Source: Phycisphaerae bacterium (GTDB lineage Bacteria > Planctomycetota > Phycisphaerae > SM23-33). Taken from it: a stretch of 64,000 nucleotides of DNA. Below are positions 24,895 through 33,611 of the stretch, one piece after another. The notes beneath the pieces were generated by a model that worked only from the letters and a program-made list of their open reading frames with translations, did no database searches and had not been told where the DNA came from. The translations under genes were made by a program, and so were the position numbers. Positions within the stretch are counted from its first letter, which is position 1. The number at the start of each line of letters is the position of its first letter. The DNA lies in NCBI GenBank assembly GCA_039683615.1, contig JBDKRA010000001.1, positions 25,958-89,957 on the forward strand, in the 5' to 3' direction.

Positions 24895-26823
24895 ATGGGA
24901 CGATGCAGATCGTGGGCGGTTGCGGCTGGGCTGATCGGCCTGCTGGCTTGGTGGGCGGATGGGGCTGCGGCTGCGCCGACGCCCCGGCCGGCGCCTAAGC
25001 CGGGGCCTAAGCCGGCGCCCAGGCCGGGGCCTGGAGCGGCCTCTCGGCCGGCGTCTCGTCCAGCGTCACAGCCGGCGTCGCGGCCGGCGTCTAGACCTGC
25101 CGTCGTAGTGGCGGCGGCTGCCTCTGGGCCGGCTACGGCGGCTGGGATTTCGCCTCTGGCGGCCGAGGCGCAGAAGCTTGACGATGCGGCACGCGTCGAG
25201 CGGGCCAAGAAGGCCTCCGGCGAGTTTGAACGCATCTTCGGCAAGCACGTCCGCGCCGTCCTGGCCACGCCGGCGGTGCAGGACGATCTGGCCTTGGCGG
25301 AAAAGCTCATGGCGATGCAGCCGCAGGCGGCCGACGACGTGTTCTTCGCCGCGGCGATGTGCGAGAAGGCGTACGATCTGTCGGCGCCCAGCGCGGCGGG
25401 GCAGACGACGGCCGCGGCGGCGCTGGAGCAGCTGCTCGCGCTGGCGCCGTGGAAGAGCCGGGCCTGGCTCGAGTCGCTCGTCGAGATTCGGCGCAAGAGC
25501 TTCGCGGCCGCCCGCGGCGAGGACCGCACCGCCGAGGGCGACGCCCTCATCGCCGCCACGCTGCGTCTCGCCGAGGCGCTGGCCGACGACGACGCCTTCA
25601 ACGAGGCCTACGAAGTCTGCCACCGCCTGCTGCCCCTGGCCAAGGCGGTCAAGTCGAAGAAGGCCGACGACATCGAGGCCGCCCAGGACCGCTACGCCGC
25701 CCTCAAGCCCATCGGACAGGCGATGGCCGTGCTGCAGATCCGCATCAAGGCCAACCCGGCCGACCAACTCGCCCGCAACGAGCTGATGCGCCTCTACGTC
25801 GCCGAGCGCAACGCCCCGCGCAAGGCCGCCGCCTACCTGACTGCCAAGGCTCCGGCCGACTACCAAGCGAACATCCCCGACGCCCAGCGCAGTCTGGCGG
25901 CGCTGGACGCCGCAGACTGCCTGCGCCTGGGCCTCTGGTACGAAGACCTCATCGACCGCGCCAGCGAGCAGGGCAAAGCCCTCGCCGCCCGACGCTCCCG
26001 AGACTACCTCCAGCAGTACCTCGACCTGCACGAGACCGCCGACGCCACGCGAGCCAAGGCCGCGGCCGCCATCAAGAAACTCGACGCTCTGCTGGCGAGC
26101 CTGGCAGGAAAGAAGACCCACCAGGCCATGAAGTTCGTGCGCACGCTCGATGTCTCTGCCGGGCGGCTGGTCTCCAACCTGCCGATGCACTTCCGCAACC
26201 CCTACGCCCAGCGCACCATCGACCTGTGGATGCTGGCCGGCAAGGACGACGGCATCATCGTCGACCAGGGCGCCTCGCGGGCGGGGATGGTCGTGGGTCT
26301 GTTCAAAAACCGCATCTGCTTCGCCTTCAACGACGCCAAGGAGCACACCCACATCGTCCAGGACGACAAGGGCAACAACCGCACCGAGCCGATCCCCGCC
26401 GCGGTGATCTCGGCGCCGCTGCCGGATCGCGACAAGTGGTGCCACGTCGCCGTCCAGTACGCCAACGGGTACCTGTCGCTCTGGATCAACGGCAAGCTCT
26501 CGGCCGAACGGCAGGTGGGAACCCCCGCCATCCCCGGCGACACCGAGGGCGTGTGCATCGGCGGCGGGTTCGGCTCCAATGCCGGGTACTGGGACGCCAA
26601 GGGATTCGGCGGCAAAGTGGCGGCCGTCCGCTTCTCCAGCCGCGCGCGCTACTCCAAGAACTTCGAGCCCGAGGAGCAGATGGGCACCACCGGCGCGTTC
26701 GCCTTCGTCTGCGCCGACCGACTCTCGACGGGCGAACTCGATCGCTCCACGCGCGACAGCGTCTCGGCCAGCTACATCGTCTGGTCGAGCATCGGCCAGG
26801 TGCGCGTCGTGAACGTCGATTAG
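24895..26823 (+). CDS. Secreted protein with signal peptide, Pro/Ala/Ser-repeat linker, helical region and C-terminal LamG / concanavalin-A-like jelly-roll domain
   Basis: Start chosen at MGRCRSWAVAAGLIGLLAWWADGAAAA (signal peptide). The linker reads PRPAPKPGPKPAPRPGP...SRPASRPASQPASRPASRPA. The C-terminal GIIVDQGASRAGMVVGLFKNRICFAFND...WCHVAVQYANGYLSLWINGK is typical of a LamG fold. Confidence 0.7.
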   Translation: MGRCRSWAVAAGLIGLLAWWADGAAAAPTPRPAPKPGPKPAPRPGPGAASRPASRPASQPASRPASRPAVVVAAAASGPATAAGISPLAAEAQKLDDAARVERAKKASGEFERIFGKHVRAVLATPAVQDDLALAEKLMAMQPQAADDVFFAAAMCEKAYDLSAPSAAGQTTAAAALEQLLALAPWKSRAWLESLVEIRRKSFAAARGEDRTAEGDALIAATLRLAEALADDDAFNEAYEVCHRLLPLAKAVKSKKADDIEAAQDRYAALKPIGQAMAVLQIRIKANPADQLARNELMRLYVAERNAPRKAAAYLTAKAPADYQANIPDAQRSLAALDAADCLRLGLWYEDLIDRASEQGKALAARRSRDYLQQYLDLHETADATRAKAAAAIKKLDALLASLAGKKTHQAMKFVRTLDVSAGRLVSNLPMHFRNPYAQRTIDLWMLAGKDDGIIVDQGASRAGMVVGLFKNRICFAFNDAKEHTHIVQDDKGNNRTEPIPAAVISAPLPDRDKWCHVAVQYANGYLSLWINGKLSAERQVGTPAIPGDTEGVCIGGGFGSNAGYWDAKGFGGKVAAVRFSSRARYSKNFEPEEQMGTTGAFAFVCADRLSTGELDRSTRDSVSASYIVWSSIGQVRVVNVD

Positions 26824-26938
26824 CAGCACGGGCGCGGTGAGCGTCCCAGTCGAGACACGTCCTCTTTTCCGAGTTTCGGGGCGGGGTTCTGCATACGATT
26901 AGACAGGCCGCGGGGCCAGGTTCTAAGAAGGATGCCGG

Positions 26939-28096
26939 ATGATGAAGATCGCCGTATTGCGGGAAATCCAGCCGGGGGAAACTCGGGCGGCGGCTGTGCC
27001 GGAATCGTTGCGGCGGCTGGCTCGCGGCGCGGCGTCGGTAGCCGTCGAGGCGGGGCTGGGTCGCGGGTGCGGCCTTGACGATGAGCGATACGCCTCCGCC
27101 GGGGCGACGGTGGCGCCCGGCGCGGAGGCGGCGCTGGATGGCGCGCAGGTCGTCTTGAAGGTGCTCCCGCCGGCTACCGGGCCCGACGCGCCGCGCGACG
27201 AGGTCGCGCTGCTGCAGCCGGGCCAAGTGCTGGCGGGGATGCTCGCCCCGGCAGCCAACCCTGAATCCATCGCCGCCCTGGCGGCCCGCGGCGTCACGTC
27301 GTTCACGCTGGACGCCATGCCTCGCATCACGCGGGCGCAGTCGATGGACGTGCTGTCGAGCATGGCCACCGTGGCGGGATACCAGGCCGTGATTCTGGCG
27401 GCCGCGGCGCTGGGCAAGATGATGCCCATGATGATGACGGCCGCGGGGACCATCAAGCCCGCCAACGTGCTGGTGATCGGGGCGGGGGTGGCGGGGCTGC
27501 AGGCCATCGCCACGGCCCGGCGCCTGGGGGCGGTGGTCAAGGCCGCCGACACGCGCCCTGCCGTCAAGGAGCAGATCCTCAGCCTGGGCGCCAAGTTCGT
27601 GGCGCTCGAGGTGGCCCACGAGGCCCAGGCCGCCGGCGGGTACGCCGCCGACCTGGGCGAGGCGTACTACCGCAAGGAGCAGGAGATCCTCGCCCCGCAC
27701 GTGGCCGAGGCCGACATCATCATCACCACGGCCATGATCCCCGACCGCAAGGCCCCCCTGCTGATCAGCGACGAGATGCTCGCCTCGATGCGGCGCGGCA
27801 GCGTGATCGTGGACATGGCAGCCGCGGCCGGGGGCAACTGCAAGGCCACCCAGCCCGGCCACGACGTGCAGGCCGCGGGCGTCAAGATTCTCGCCCCGCT
27901 GAACCTGCCCGCGCAGGTCCCTCTCGACGCCAGCCGCATGTACGCCTCGAACATCGCCTCGTTCGTCGCCGAGCTGGTTAAAGACGACCATGTCAACGTG
28001 GACATGGATAATGAAGTGATCGCCGCCACCCTCGTCACTCGCGAGGGGAAGGTGGTCGGCAAGGCCGCCCAGGCATTGAAAGGAGTTGGCGCATGA
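26939..28096 (+). CDS. pntAA: NAD(P) transhydrogenase subunit alpha, part 1 (dI, NAD-binding)
   Basis: 385 aa with alanine-dehydrogenase/PNT N- and C-domains and Rossmann motif VLVIGAGVAGLQA. Confidence 0.9.
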   Translation: MMKIAVLREIQPGETRAAAVPESLRRLARGAASVAVEAGLGRGCGLDDERYASAGATVAPGAEAALDGAQVVLKVLPPATGPDAPRDEVALLQPGQVLAGMLAPAANPESIAALAARGVTSFTLDAMPRITRAQSMDVLSSMATVAGYQAVILAAAALGKMMPMMMTAAGTIKPANVLVIGAGVAGLQAIATARRLGAVVKAADTRPAVKEQILSLGAKFVALEVAHEAQAAGGYAADLGEAYYRKEQEILAPHVAEADIIITTAMIPDRKAPLLISDEMLASMRRGSVIVDMAAAAGGNCKATQPGHDVQAAGVKILAPLNLPAQVPLDASRMYASNIASFVAELVKDDHVNVDMDNEVIAATLVTREGKVVGKAAQALKGVGA

Positions 28097-28419
28097 CTGG
28101 CCTGACCGTCATGTTGGCGACGGAGATGACCCTGACGACGGCCGTCATCGTCTTCGTGCTGGCGATGTTCGTGGGGCTCGAGATCATCACCAAGGTGCCC
28201 ACGATGCTCCACACGCCGCTGATGAGCGGATCCAACGCCATCAGCGGCATCACGATCGTCGGAGCCCTGGCGGCCGCGGCGATCCTCAAGAACGTGGGGC
28301 ATCCGGCGCTGGCCGCCACAGCTGGGACGCTGGCGGTGGCCGCCGCGATGATCAACGTCGTGGGTGGTTACCTCGTGACCGACCGCATGCTGCGCATGTT
28401 CAAAAGGAGCAAACGATGA
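28093..28419 (+). CDS. pntAB: NAD(P) transhydrogenase subunit alpha, part 2 (membrane)
   Basis: 108 aa with 3-4 TM helices. ATGA overlaps with both neighbours; this is the canonical split-alpha arrangement. Confidence 0.85.
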   Translation: MTGLTVMLATEMTLTTAVIVFVLAMFVGLEIITKVPTMLHTPLMSGSNAISGITIVGALAAAAILKNVGHPALAATAGTLAVAAAMINVVGGYLVTDRMLRMFKRSKR

Positions 28420-29819
28420 CGGGCATCCTGGCATTTCAGGTGAGCCAGGAGGTCGAGGATTACGCCTATCTCGCCGCGGCGGTGCTGTTCATTTACGGCC
28501 TCAAGGAGATGGCCTCGCCGCGTCGCGCGCGGGTGGGCAACCTGGTCAGCGGCGCAGGGATGTTGATCGCCATCGTCTTTACGCTGCTGACGCTGGAGAT
28601 CGTCGACTGGACGTGGATCATCGCCGGGCTGGCGATCGGTTCGGTCATCGGGGCAGTGCTGGCGTATGCGGTCAAGATGACGGCCATGCCGCAGATGGTG
28701 GCCATGCTCAACGGGTTTGGCGGGCTGGCGTCGGGCCTGGTGGCGCTGGTGGAGATCTACCGCCGCTGGGGCGCCCCGGGCGACGCCACGGAGTTTCTCG
28801 TCACCGACGGGGTCAGCACGCTCATCGGATGGGTGACCTTCACCGGAAGCATGGTCGCCTTCGCCAAGCTGCAGGAAGTCGTCGTCAGCGGCCGCCCGGT
28901 CGTCTTTCGGTTCCAGAAGCTGGCGAACTTCGGCCTGCTGGTCCTGGCGGTCCTTCTGATCGCCGCCCTGGCATGTTGGCCCGGCCAGCCGCACTGGATC
29001 ATCCCGCTGGCGCTGGTGTCGGCCGCCGTCGGCGTGCTGTTCGTCATCCCCATCGGCGGAGCCGACATGCCGGTGGTCATCAGCCTGCTCAACAGCTACT
29101 CGGGCCTGGCCGCGGCAGCAACGGGCTTTCTGCTCAAGAACAACGGTCTGATCATCTCCGGCGCTCTGGTGGGCGCCTCGGGGATCATCCTGACGCGCCT
29201 GATGTGCCAAGCCATGAACCGCTCGCTGTTCAACGTGCTGTTTGCGGCCGTCGGACAGGTGCGCGCGGGCGAACAGAAGCAGCGACCGCCGGTGAAACGG
29301 TATTCGGCCGAGGACGCCGCCGTCGTCATGGAAGGCTCGCGGCAGGTGGTGATCGTGCCGGGCTACGGGATGGCCGTGGCGCAGGCCCAGCACGTCATCA
29401 AGGAACTGGCCGACCTGCTCGCCCAGCGCGGCGTCGAGGTCAAGTACGCCATCCATCCCGTCGCCGGACGCATGCCCGGACACATGAACGTGCTGCTGGC
29501 CGAGGCCAACGTGCCCTACGACCAGCTCTACACGATGGAGCAGATCAATCCCGAGTTCGAGCAGGCCGACGTGGCCCTGGTCATCGGCGCCAACGACGTG
29601 ATCAACCCCGCCGCCCGCACCGACAAGGGCAGCCCCATCTACGGCATGCCCATCCTCGATGTGGACAAGGCCGCCACGCTGATGATCATCAAGCGCAGCC
29701 TCGCCACAGGCTTCGCCGGAGTCGACAACGACCTGTTCTACAGCGACAAAACAATGATGCTCTTCGGTGACGCCAAGGCGATGGTCACGGACATCGTTAC
29801 GGCGATGAAGGCAGGATGA
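28416..29819 (+). CDS. pntB: NAD(P) transhydrogenase subunit beta
   Basis: 467 aa with an N-terminal multi-TM domain and a C-terminal dIII NADP(H) domain (GYGMAVAQAQH..., IGANDV). The track ORF 28086..29819 starts upstream, so the start was set at MTGILAF. Confidence 0.9.
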   Translation: MTGILAFQVSQEVEDYAYLAAAVLFIYGLKEMASPRRARVGNLVSGAGMLIAIVFTLLTLEIVDWTWIIAGLAIGSVIGAVLAYAVKMTAMPQMVAMLNGFGGLASGLVALVEIYRRWGAPGDATEFLVTDGVSTLIGWVTFTGSMVAFAKLQEVVVSGRPVVFRFQKLANFGLLVLAVLLIAALACWPGQPHWIIPLALVSAAVGVLFVIPIGGADMPVVISLLNSYSGLAAAATGFLLKNNGLIISGALVGASGIILTRLMCQAMNRSLFNVLFAAVGQVRAGEQKQRPPVKRYSAEDAAVVMEGSRQVVIVPGYGMAVAQAQHVIKELADLLAQRGVEVKYAIHPVAGRMPGHMNVLLAEANVPYDQLYTMEQINPEFEQADVALVIGANDVINPAARTDKGSPIYGMPILDVDKAATLMIIKRSLATGFAGVDNDLFYSDKTMMLFGDAKAMVTDIVTAMKAG

Positions 29820-29990
29820 TGGAAGGGTGCCGTGGCGCGCAGGGCCGAAGGCCCGGAGAGCCACGATCCCCGAGTCTTGAGGCAGTCGTGGCTGTCGGGT
29901 TTCGCCCTCCCGCCACGGCACCTGCCCGAAAACATCTAAAGCGGCAGCTAAGGCTGCCGACTCCATAGTTCTGCCCGCTAAGATTCTTTC

Positions 29991-30917
29991 ATGCACGAGC
30001 CAACACGATACGTGGTCACCGGCGCGTTCGGCTTTCTGGGCCGCCACATCGCGCAGCGGTTGATCAAGCGCGGCGATAGCGTCCTGAGCCTCGATGGGCG
30101 GCGGCCGGGCACTGCCGACGACCCTCGCATCGCCCTGGCACGCCTGGACTTTGCCTCGCCGGCGAAGCTGGTCAAAGCCCTGCGCGGTGCGGCAGCGCTG
30201 TTCAACACCTACTGGATCCGCTACCCGATGCACGGCATGACGTTTGAGCGGGCCGTGGAAAACTCCAAGGTGCTCATCGCCGCGGCGTGCGAGGCGGGCG
30301 TGCCACGGGTCGTCCACGTCAGCATCACCAATCCCTCGGCCGATTCGCCGCTGGGTTACTTCCGCGGCAAGGCACTGGTCGAGCAGGCGTTGAAGGAATC
30401 CGGTCTGTCGTACGCCATCTTGCGCCCGGCGGTGCTCTTTGGCGACGAGGGCATCCTTGTCAACAACATCGCCTGGGCCCTGCGACGCCTGCTGGTCTTC
30501 GCCCTTTTCGGACGCGGTGCGTACCGCCTGCAGCCGATTTTCGTCGAGGACCTGGCCGAACTGGCGATCGCGCAGGCCGCCCGCAGCGAGAACGCCACCA
30601 TCGACGCCGTCGGGCCCGAGACGTTCACCTACCGGCAGCTCGTGCAGGCCATCGCCCGCGCCATCGGCGTGCACCGACTCATCCTGCCCGCCCCGCCGCA
30701 CCTGGCCCTGGCGATGGTACAGGCCATGGGCTGGATCGTTGGCGACCCCATCGTCACGCCCCAGGAAATGCGCGGGCTCATGGACGGCCTGCTGGCGACC
30801 AACTCCCCGCCGGCGGGGTCCACTCGCTTGAGCGACTGGCTTAAAGACCATTCCGATACGCTCGGCCATCGGTACATGAGCGAGCGCGCCCGCCGCCGCG
30901 GGTTGGTCTACGACTGA
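29991..30917 (+). CDS. NAD-dependent epimerase/dehydratase-family (atypical SDR, NmrA/NDUFA9-like) protein
   Basis: 308 aa with N-terminal Rossmann motif VTGAFGFLGRHIA. Confidence 0.75.
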   Translation: MHEPTRYVVTGAFGFLGRHIAQRLIKRGDSVLSLDGRRPGTADDPRIALARLDFASPAKLVKALRGAAALFNTYWIRYPMHGMTFERAVENSKVLIAAACEAGVPRVVHVSITNPSADSPLGYFRGKALVEQALKESGLSYAILRPAVLFGDEGILVNNIAWALRRLLVFALFGRGAYRLQPIFVEDLAELAIAQAARSENATIDAVGPETFTYRQLVQAIARAIGVHRLILPAPPHLALAMVQAMGWIVGDPIVTPQEMRGLMDGLLATNSPPAGSTRLSDWLKDHSDTLGHRYMSERARRRGLVYD

Positions 30918-30973
30918 GAAGGGCAACCGGCGCCGTGTCGCGCAGGGCCGAAGGTCTCGCCCGTGCAAGGCCA

Positions 30974-31002
30974 GGGAGCATGGGCGGGACGCCCATGCCG
31001 CA
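30974..31002. repeat. REP-like hairpin (GCATGGGCG-GGA-CGCCCATGC)
   Basis: AGGGAGCATGGGCGGGACGCCCATGCCGC, lying between the epimerase gene and the EncFtn gene. Confidence 0.8.
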
Positions 31003-31227
31003 AAGCGGGCGGCCGCGATTGGGCCGGCAGGAAAAGTTGGACGGATTCCTGGGGGCGGTGCCTAAAATGTTTCACCGTGTGATCGATGCGATTGAAAATG
31101 TTGCAGCCCCTTGTGTCTGATGGAATAAGGGAATATCCTGAACCCGTAGCCAGGGCGGGCGGTTTCGAGTCCTGGGGTAACTATCGATTCGCCGCAGGAT
31201 AGGATTCAAGACGCGAAAGGAGTTTCT

Positions 31228-31584
31228 ATGCCGATTCCGCTTCACGTTCCAATCGAGTCCCTGACGCCGGCGCTGCTGGACATTCACCGGGCCATCGAGA
31301 GTTTCAACGAGGAGTTCGAGGCCGTCGCATGGTATTCGCAGCGGGCGGCCGTCGCGACCGATCCGGCCCTCAAGGCGGTCCTGGAGCACAATCGCGACGA
31401 AGAGCTCGAGCACGCCTCGATGCTCCTGGAGTGGCTGCGGCGCAACTTCCCGCAGCTCGACGAGCCGATGCGAACGTACCTGTTCACGACACTGCCGATC
31501 ACCGAAGTCGAACAAGCCCAAACCCAAGGCTCCGCCCCCGCCGCCGGCGCGGCTGCGAGCCTCAACATCGGATCCATGAAGTAA
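31228..31584 (+). CDS. Encapsulated ferritin-like protein (EncFtn/Flp cargo) with a C-terminal encapsulin targeting peptide
   Basis: 118 aa with the ExxH-type ferroxidase residues (EEFEAV..., EELEHASM). The C-terminal ...AAASLNIGSMK matches the family-1 encapsulin cargo-loading peptide consensus (SLxIGSLK). Strong RBS (AAGGAG). Confidence 0.8.
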   Translation: MPIPLHVPIESLTPALLDIHRAIESFNEEFEAVAWYSQRAAVATDPALKAVLEHNRDEELEHASMLLEWLRRNFPQLDEPMRTYLFTTLPITEVEQAQTQGSAPAAGAAASLNIGSMK

Positions 31585-31597
31585 AGGAGAACTATCC

Positions 31598-32404
31598 GTG
31601 GCAAGCATACTCAAACGCGAATTCGCCCCCATCAGCGACCTGGCCTGGAACTGGATCGACTCCGAGGCCCAGCGCACCCTCAAGCAGAACCTGGCCGCCC
31701 GCAAGGTCGTCGACTTCTCCGGACCGCACGGATGGGAGCTGGCGGCTATCAACCTCGGCCGGCTCGAAAACGTCAAGAAAGACAACGTGCCCTGGGGCAT
31801 CCGCCAGGTGCAGTCGCTGGTCGAGACGCGCATCCCCTTCACGCTGGCCCAGTTCGAGTTGGACAACCTGACGCGAGGCGCCAAGGACGTCGACAACCAG
31901 CCCATCATCGACGCCGTTGAAAAGGCCGCCCGCTTTGAAGACACCGCCGTCTTCACCGGCTTCGACGCCGGCGCGATCAAGGGCATCGTCAAAACCGCCG
32001 CCCACGACGCCATCGCCCTGGGCGAACCGGCCGCCATGGCCTCGGCGGTAGGCCAGGCCGTCAAGACGCTCATCACCGCCGACGTCGGCGGACCCTACAC
32101 CCTGGTGCTGGGGCAGGATGAATACTTCGCCCTGCTGGCCGCGGCAAGCAAGGCCCCCATCCCGCCGTACGAGACGGTCAAGCAGATCCTCCAGGGCGAG
32201 ATCGTGATGTCGCGCGTGCTCAAGGGCGGGCTGGTCGTCTCCAAGCGAGGCGGCGATTTCGAGCTGACCGTCGGCGCCGACTACGCCATCGGCTACAGCC
32301 AGCACGACAGCAAGAACGTCGAGTTGTTCATCACCGAGTCGTTCACGTTCCGCGTGATCGACCCGCGTGCGGCCGTCGTCCTCAAGACCGCCAGCACTAA
32401 GTAG
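31598..32404 (+). CDS. Family 1 encapsulin nanocompartment shell protein (linocin M18-like, HK97 fold)
   Basis: 268 aa, MASILKREFAPISDLAWNWIDSEA..., typical of encapsulins. GTG start with an AAGGAG RBS, 14 nt after the EncFtn stop. Confidence 0.9.
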   Translation: MASILKREFAPISDLAWNWIDSEAQRTLKQNLAARKVVDFSGPHGWELAAINLGRLENVKKDNVPWGIRQVQSLVETRIPFTLAQFELDNLTRGAKDVDNQPIIDAVEKAARFEDTAVFTGFDAGAIKGIVKTAAHDAIALGEPAAMASAVGQAVKTLITADVGGPYTLVLGQDEYFALLAAASKAPIPPYETVKQILQGEIVMSRVLKGGLVVSKRGGDFELTVGADYAIGYSQHDSKNVELFITESFTFRVIDPRAAVVLKTASTK

Positions 32405-32428
32405 CTGACATCGAACGCATCAACGAAA

Positions 32429-32463
32429 GCGCGGCGGGTAATCCCTGCCGCGTTTTTGTTTTG
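32429..32463 (+). terminator. Intrinsic terminator after the encapsulin gene
   Basis: GC-rich hairpin GCGCGGCGGG-TAAT-CCCTGCCGCG followed by TTTTTGTTTTG. Confidence 0.6.
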
Positions 32464-32494
32464 TTACAATGCTTCTTCTTTCAGGAGTGCGTTC

Positions 32495-33238
32495 ATGGCC
32501 GGTGAGTTTCGCAGCGACGACTGGAACACGTACAAGATGATCTACCACGAGCCGCACCGTGCGGTCGAGCCGGCGGAAAAGGAGATCGCCGTCGTCGCCG
32601 CCGCCCTCGAGGCCCTGTGCGAAGCGCACATCCTCCCGCACGCGCAATATGATCACGAGAAGTTCCTCGCCCACCGACGCGGCGTGGCCGAGAGCTTCGA
32701 GATCCCCTGGACCGCCATTACGCCCCGCATGCAGCGCCTGCTGTACGCCATCAACGCGATCATCCAGCCCCAGAACATGATCGCGGCCGGCGTGTTCTGC
32801 GGCAACACGTTCATCTCCAACGCCGGCGCGGGCGTCGGGCCCGGGGCGTGCTACCAGGCCCGCTCGCTGATCGGCGTGGAGATCAAACCCGACGAGGCCG
32901 CCCGCGCCGAACGCAACGTGCGCAAGATCGACCCGACCGGCACGGCGCGGGTGATCGCGGCCGACGCGGTGGATGTCGCCGCGGCATTCGACCAGCCCAT
33001 CGGCCTGCTGTACCTCGACGCCGACGGCGACAAGGCCCGCGGCAAGGGGATCTACCTGGAAATCCTGCGAGCGTGCTACGACCGCCTGGGCAGCGGCTCA
33101 ATCGTGCTGGCGCACAACAGTGTCAACGCCGCCCCGCGCCTCGAGCAGTACCTGGCCTTCGTGCGCGACGGCAAGAACTTCCGATCGAGCATCAATGTGA
33201 TCTTCGATGGGGAAGGCCTGGAAGTCTCCGCCAGGTAG
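32495..33238 (+). CDS. Class I SAM-dependent methyltransferase (O-methyltransferase family 3-like)
   Basis: Rossmann-type motifs (VGVEI, LLYLDADGDK). The start at MAGEFRSDDW has an AGGAG RBS; the track ORF starts at 32456. Confidence 0.65.
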   Translation: MAGEFRSDDWNTYKMIYHEPHRAVEPAEKEIAVVAAALEALCEAHILPHAQYDHEKFLAHRRGVAESFEIPWTAITPRMQRLLYAINAIIQPQNMIAAGVFCGNTFISNAGAGVGPGACYQARSLIGVEIKPDEAARAERNVRKIDPTGTARVIAADAVDVAAAFDQPIGLLYLDADGDKARGKGIYLEILRACYDRLGSGSIVLAHNSVNAAPRLEQYLAFVRDGKNFRSSINVIFDGEGLEVSAR

Positions 33239-33373
33239 GCGAAAGAAGAACCGACGCGGCACTGCACGCGGCGCCGGGGAAAACCGTACTTCAAATGCAG
33301 CGTTGACCTCGATTGCGCGGGGCTTTTGGCCTCATAGGATAAGGATGGCCGGCGTCCTTACGGGGGAATCCCT

Positions 33374-33607
33374 ATGCGAACATTGATGATGTGCTTGATG
33401 ATCGGGCTTTTCGCTGCGGTTGTGGCCACGGCGGGATTGACGGCCGGTTGCTCCACCACCGGCGGCGAATCCGGCAGCACCTATTCGCCTTCAAGCTATG
33501 AGGCCGACCAGGCGGCGCGAGATACGGCGGAATACCGCCATCAGACCGTCGAACCCGACACCACGGACAATCCGGCGGTCGAAGGAACCCCCGCACCCGA
33601 CCGCTGA
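33374..33607 (+). CDS. Small putative lipoprotein
   Basis: 77 aa with a signal peptide and lipobox (LTAGC), followed by a Ser/Thr/Gly- and acid-rich tail. Confidence 0.4.
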   Translation: MRTLMMCLMIGLFAAVVATAGLTAGCSTTGGESGSTYSPSSYEADQAARDTAEYRHQTVEPDTTDNPAVEGTPAPDR

Positions 33608-33611
33608 GCGG

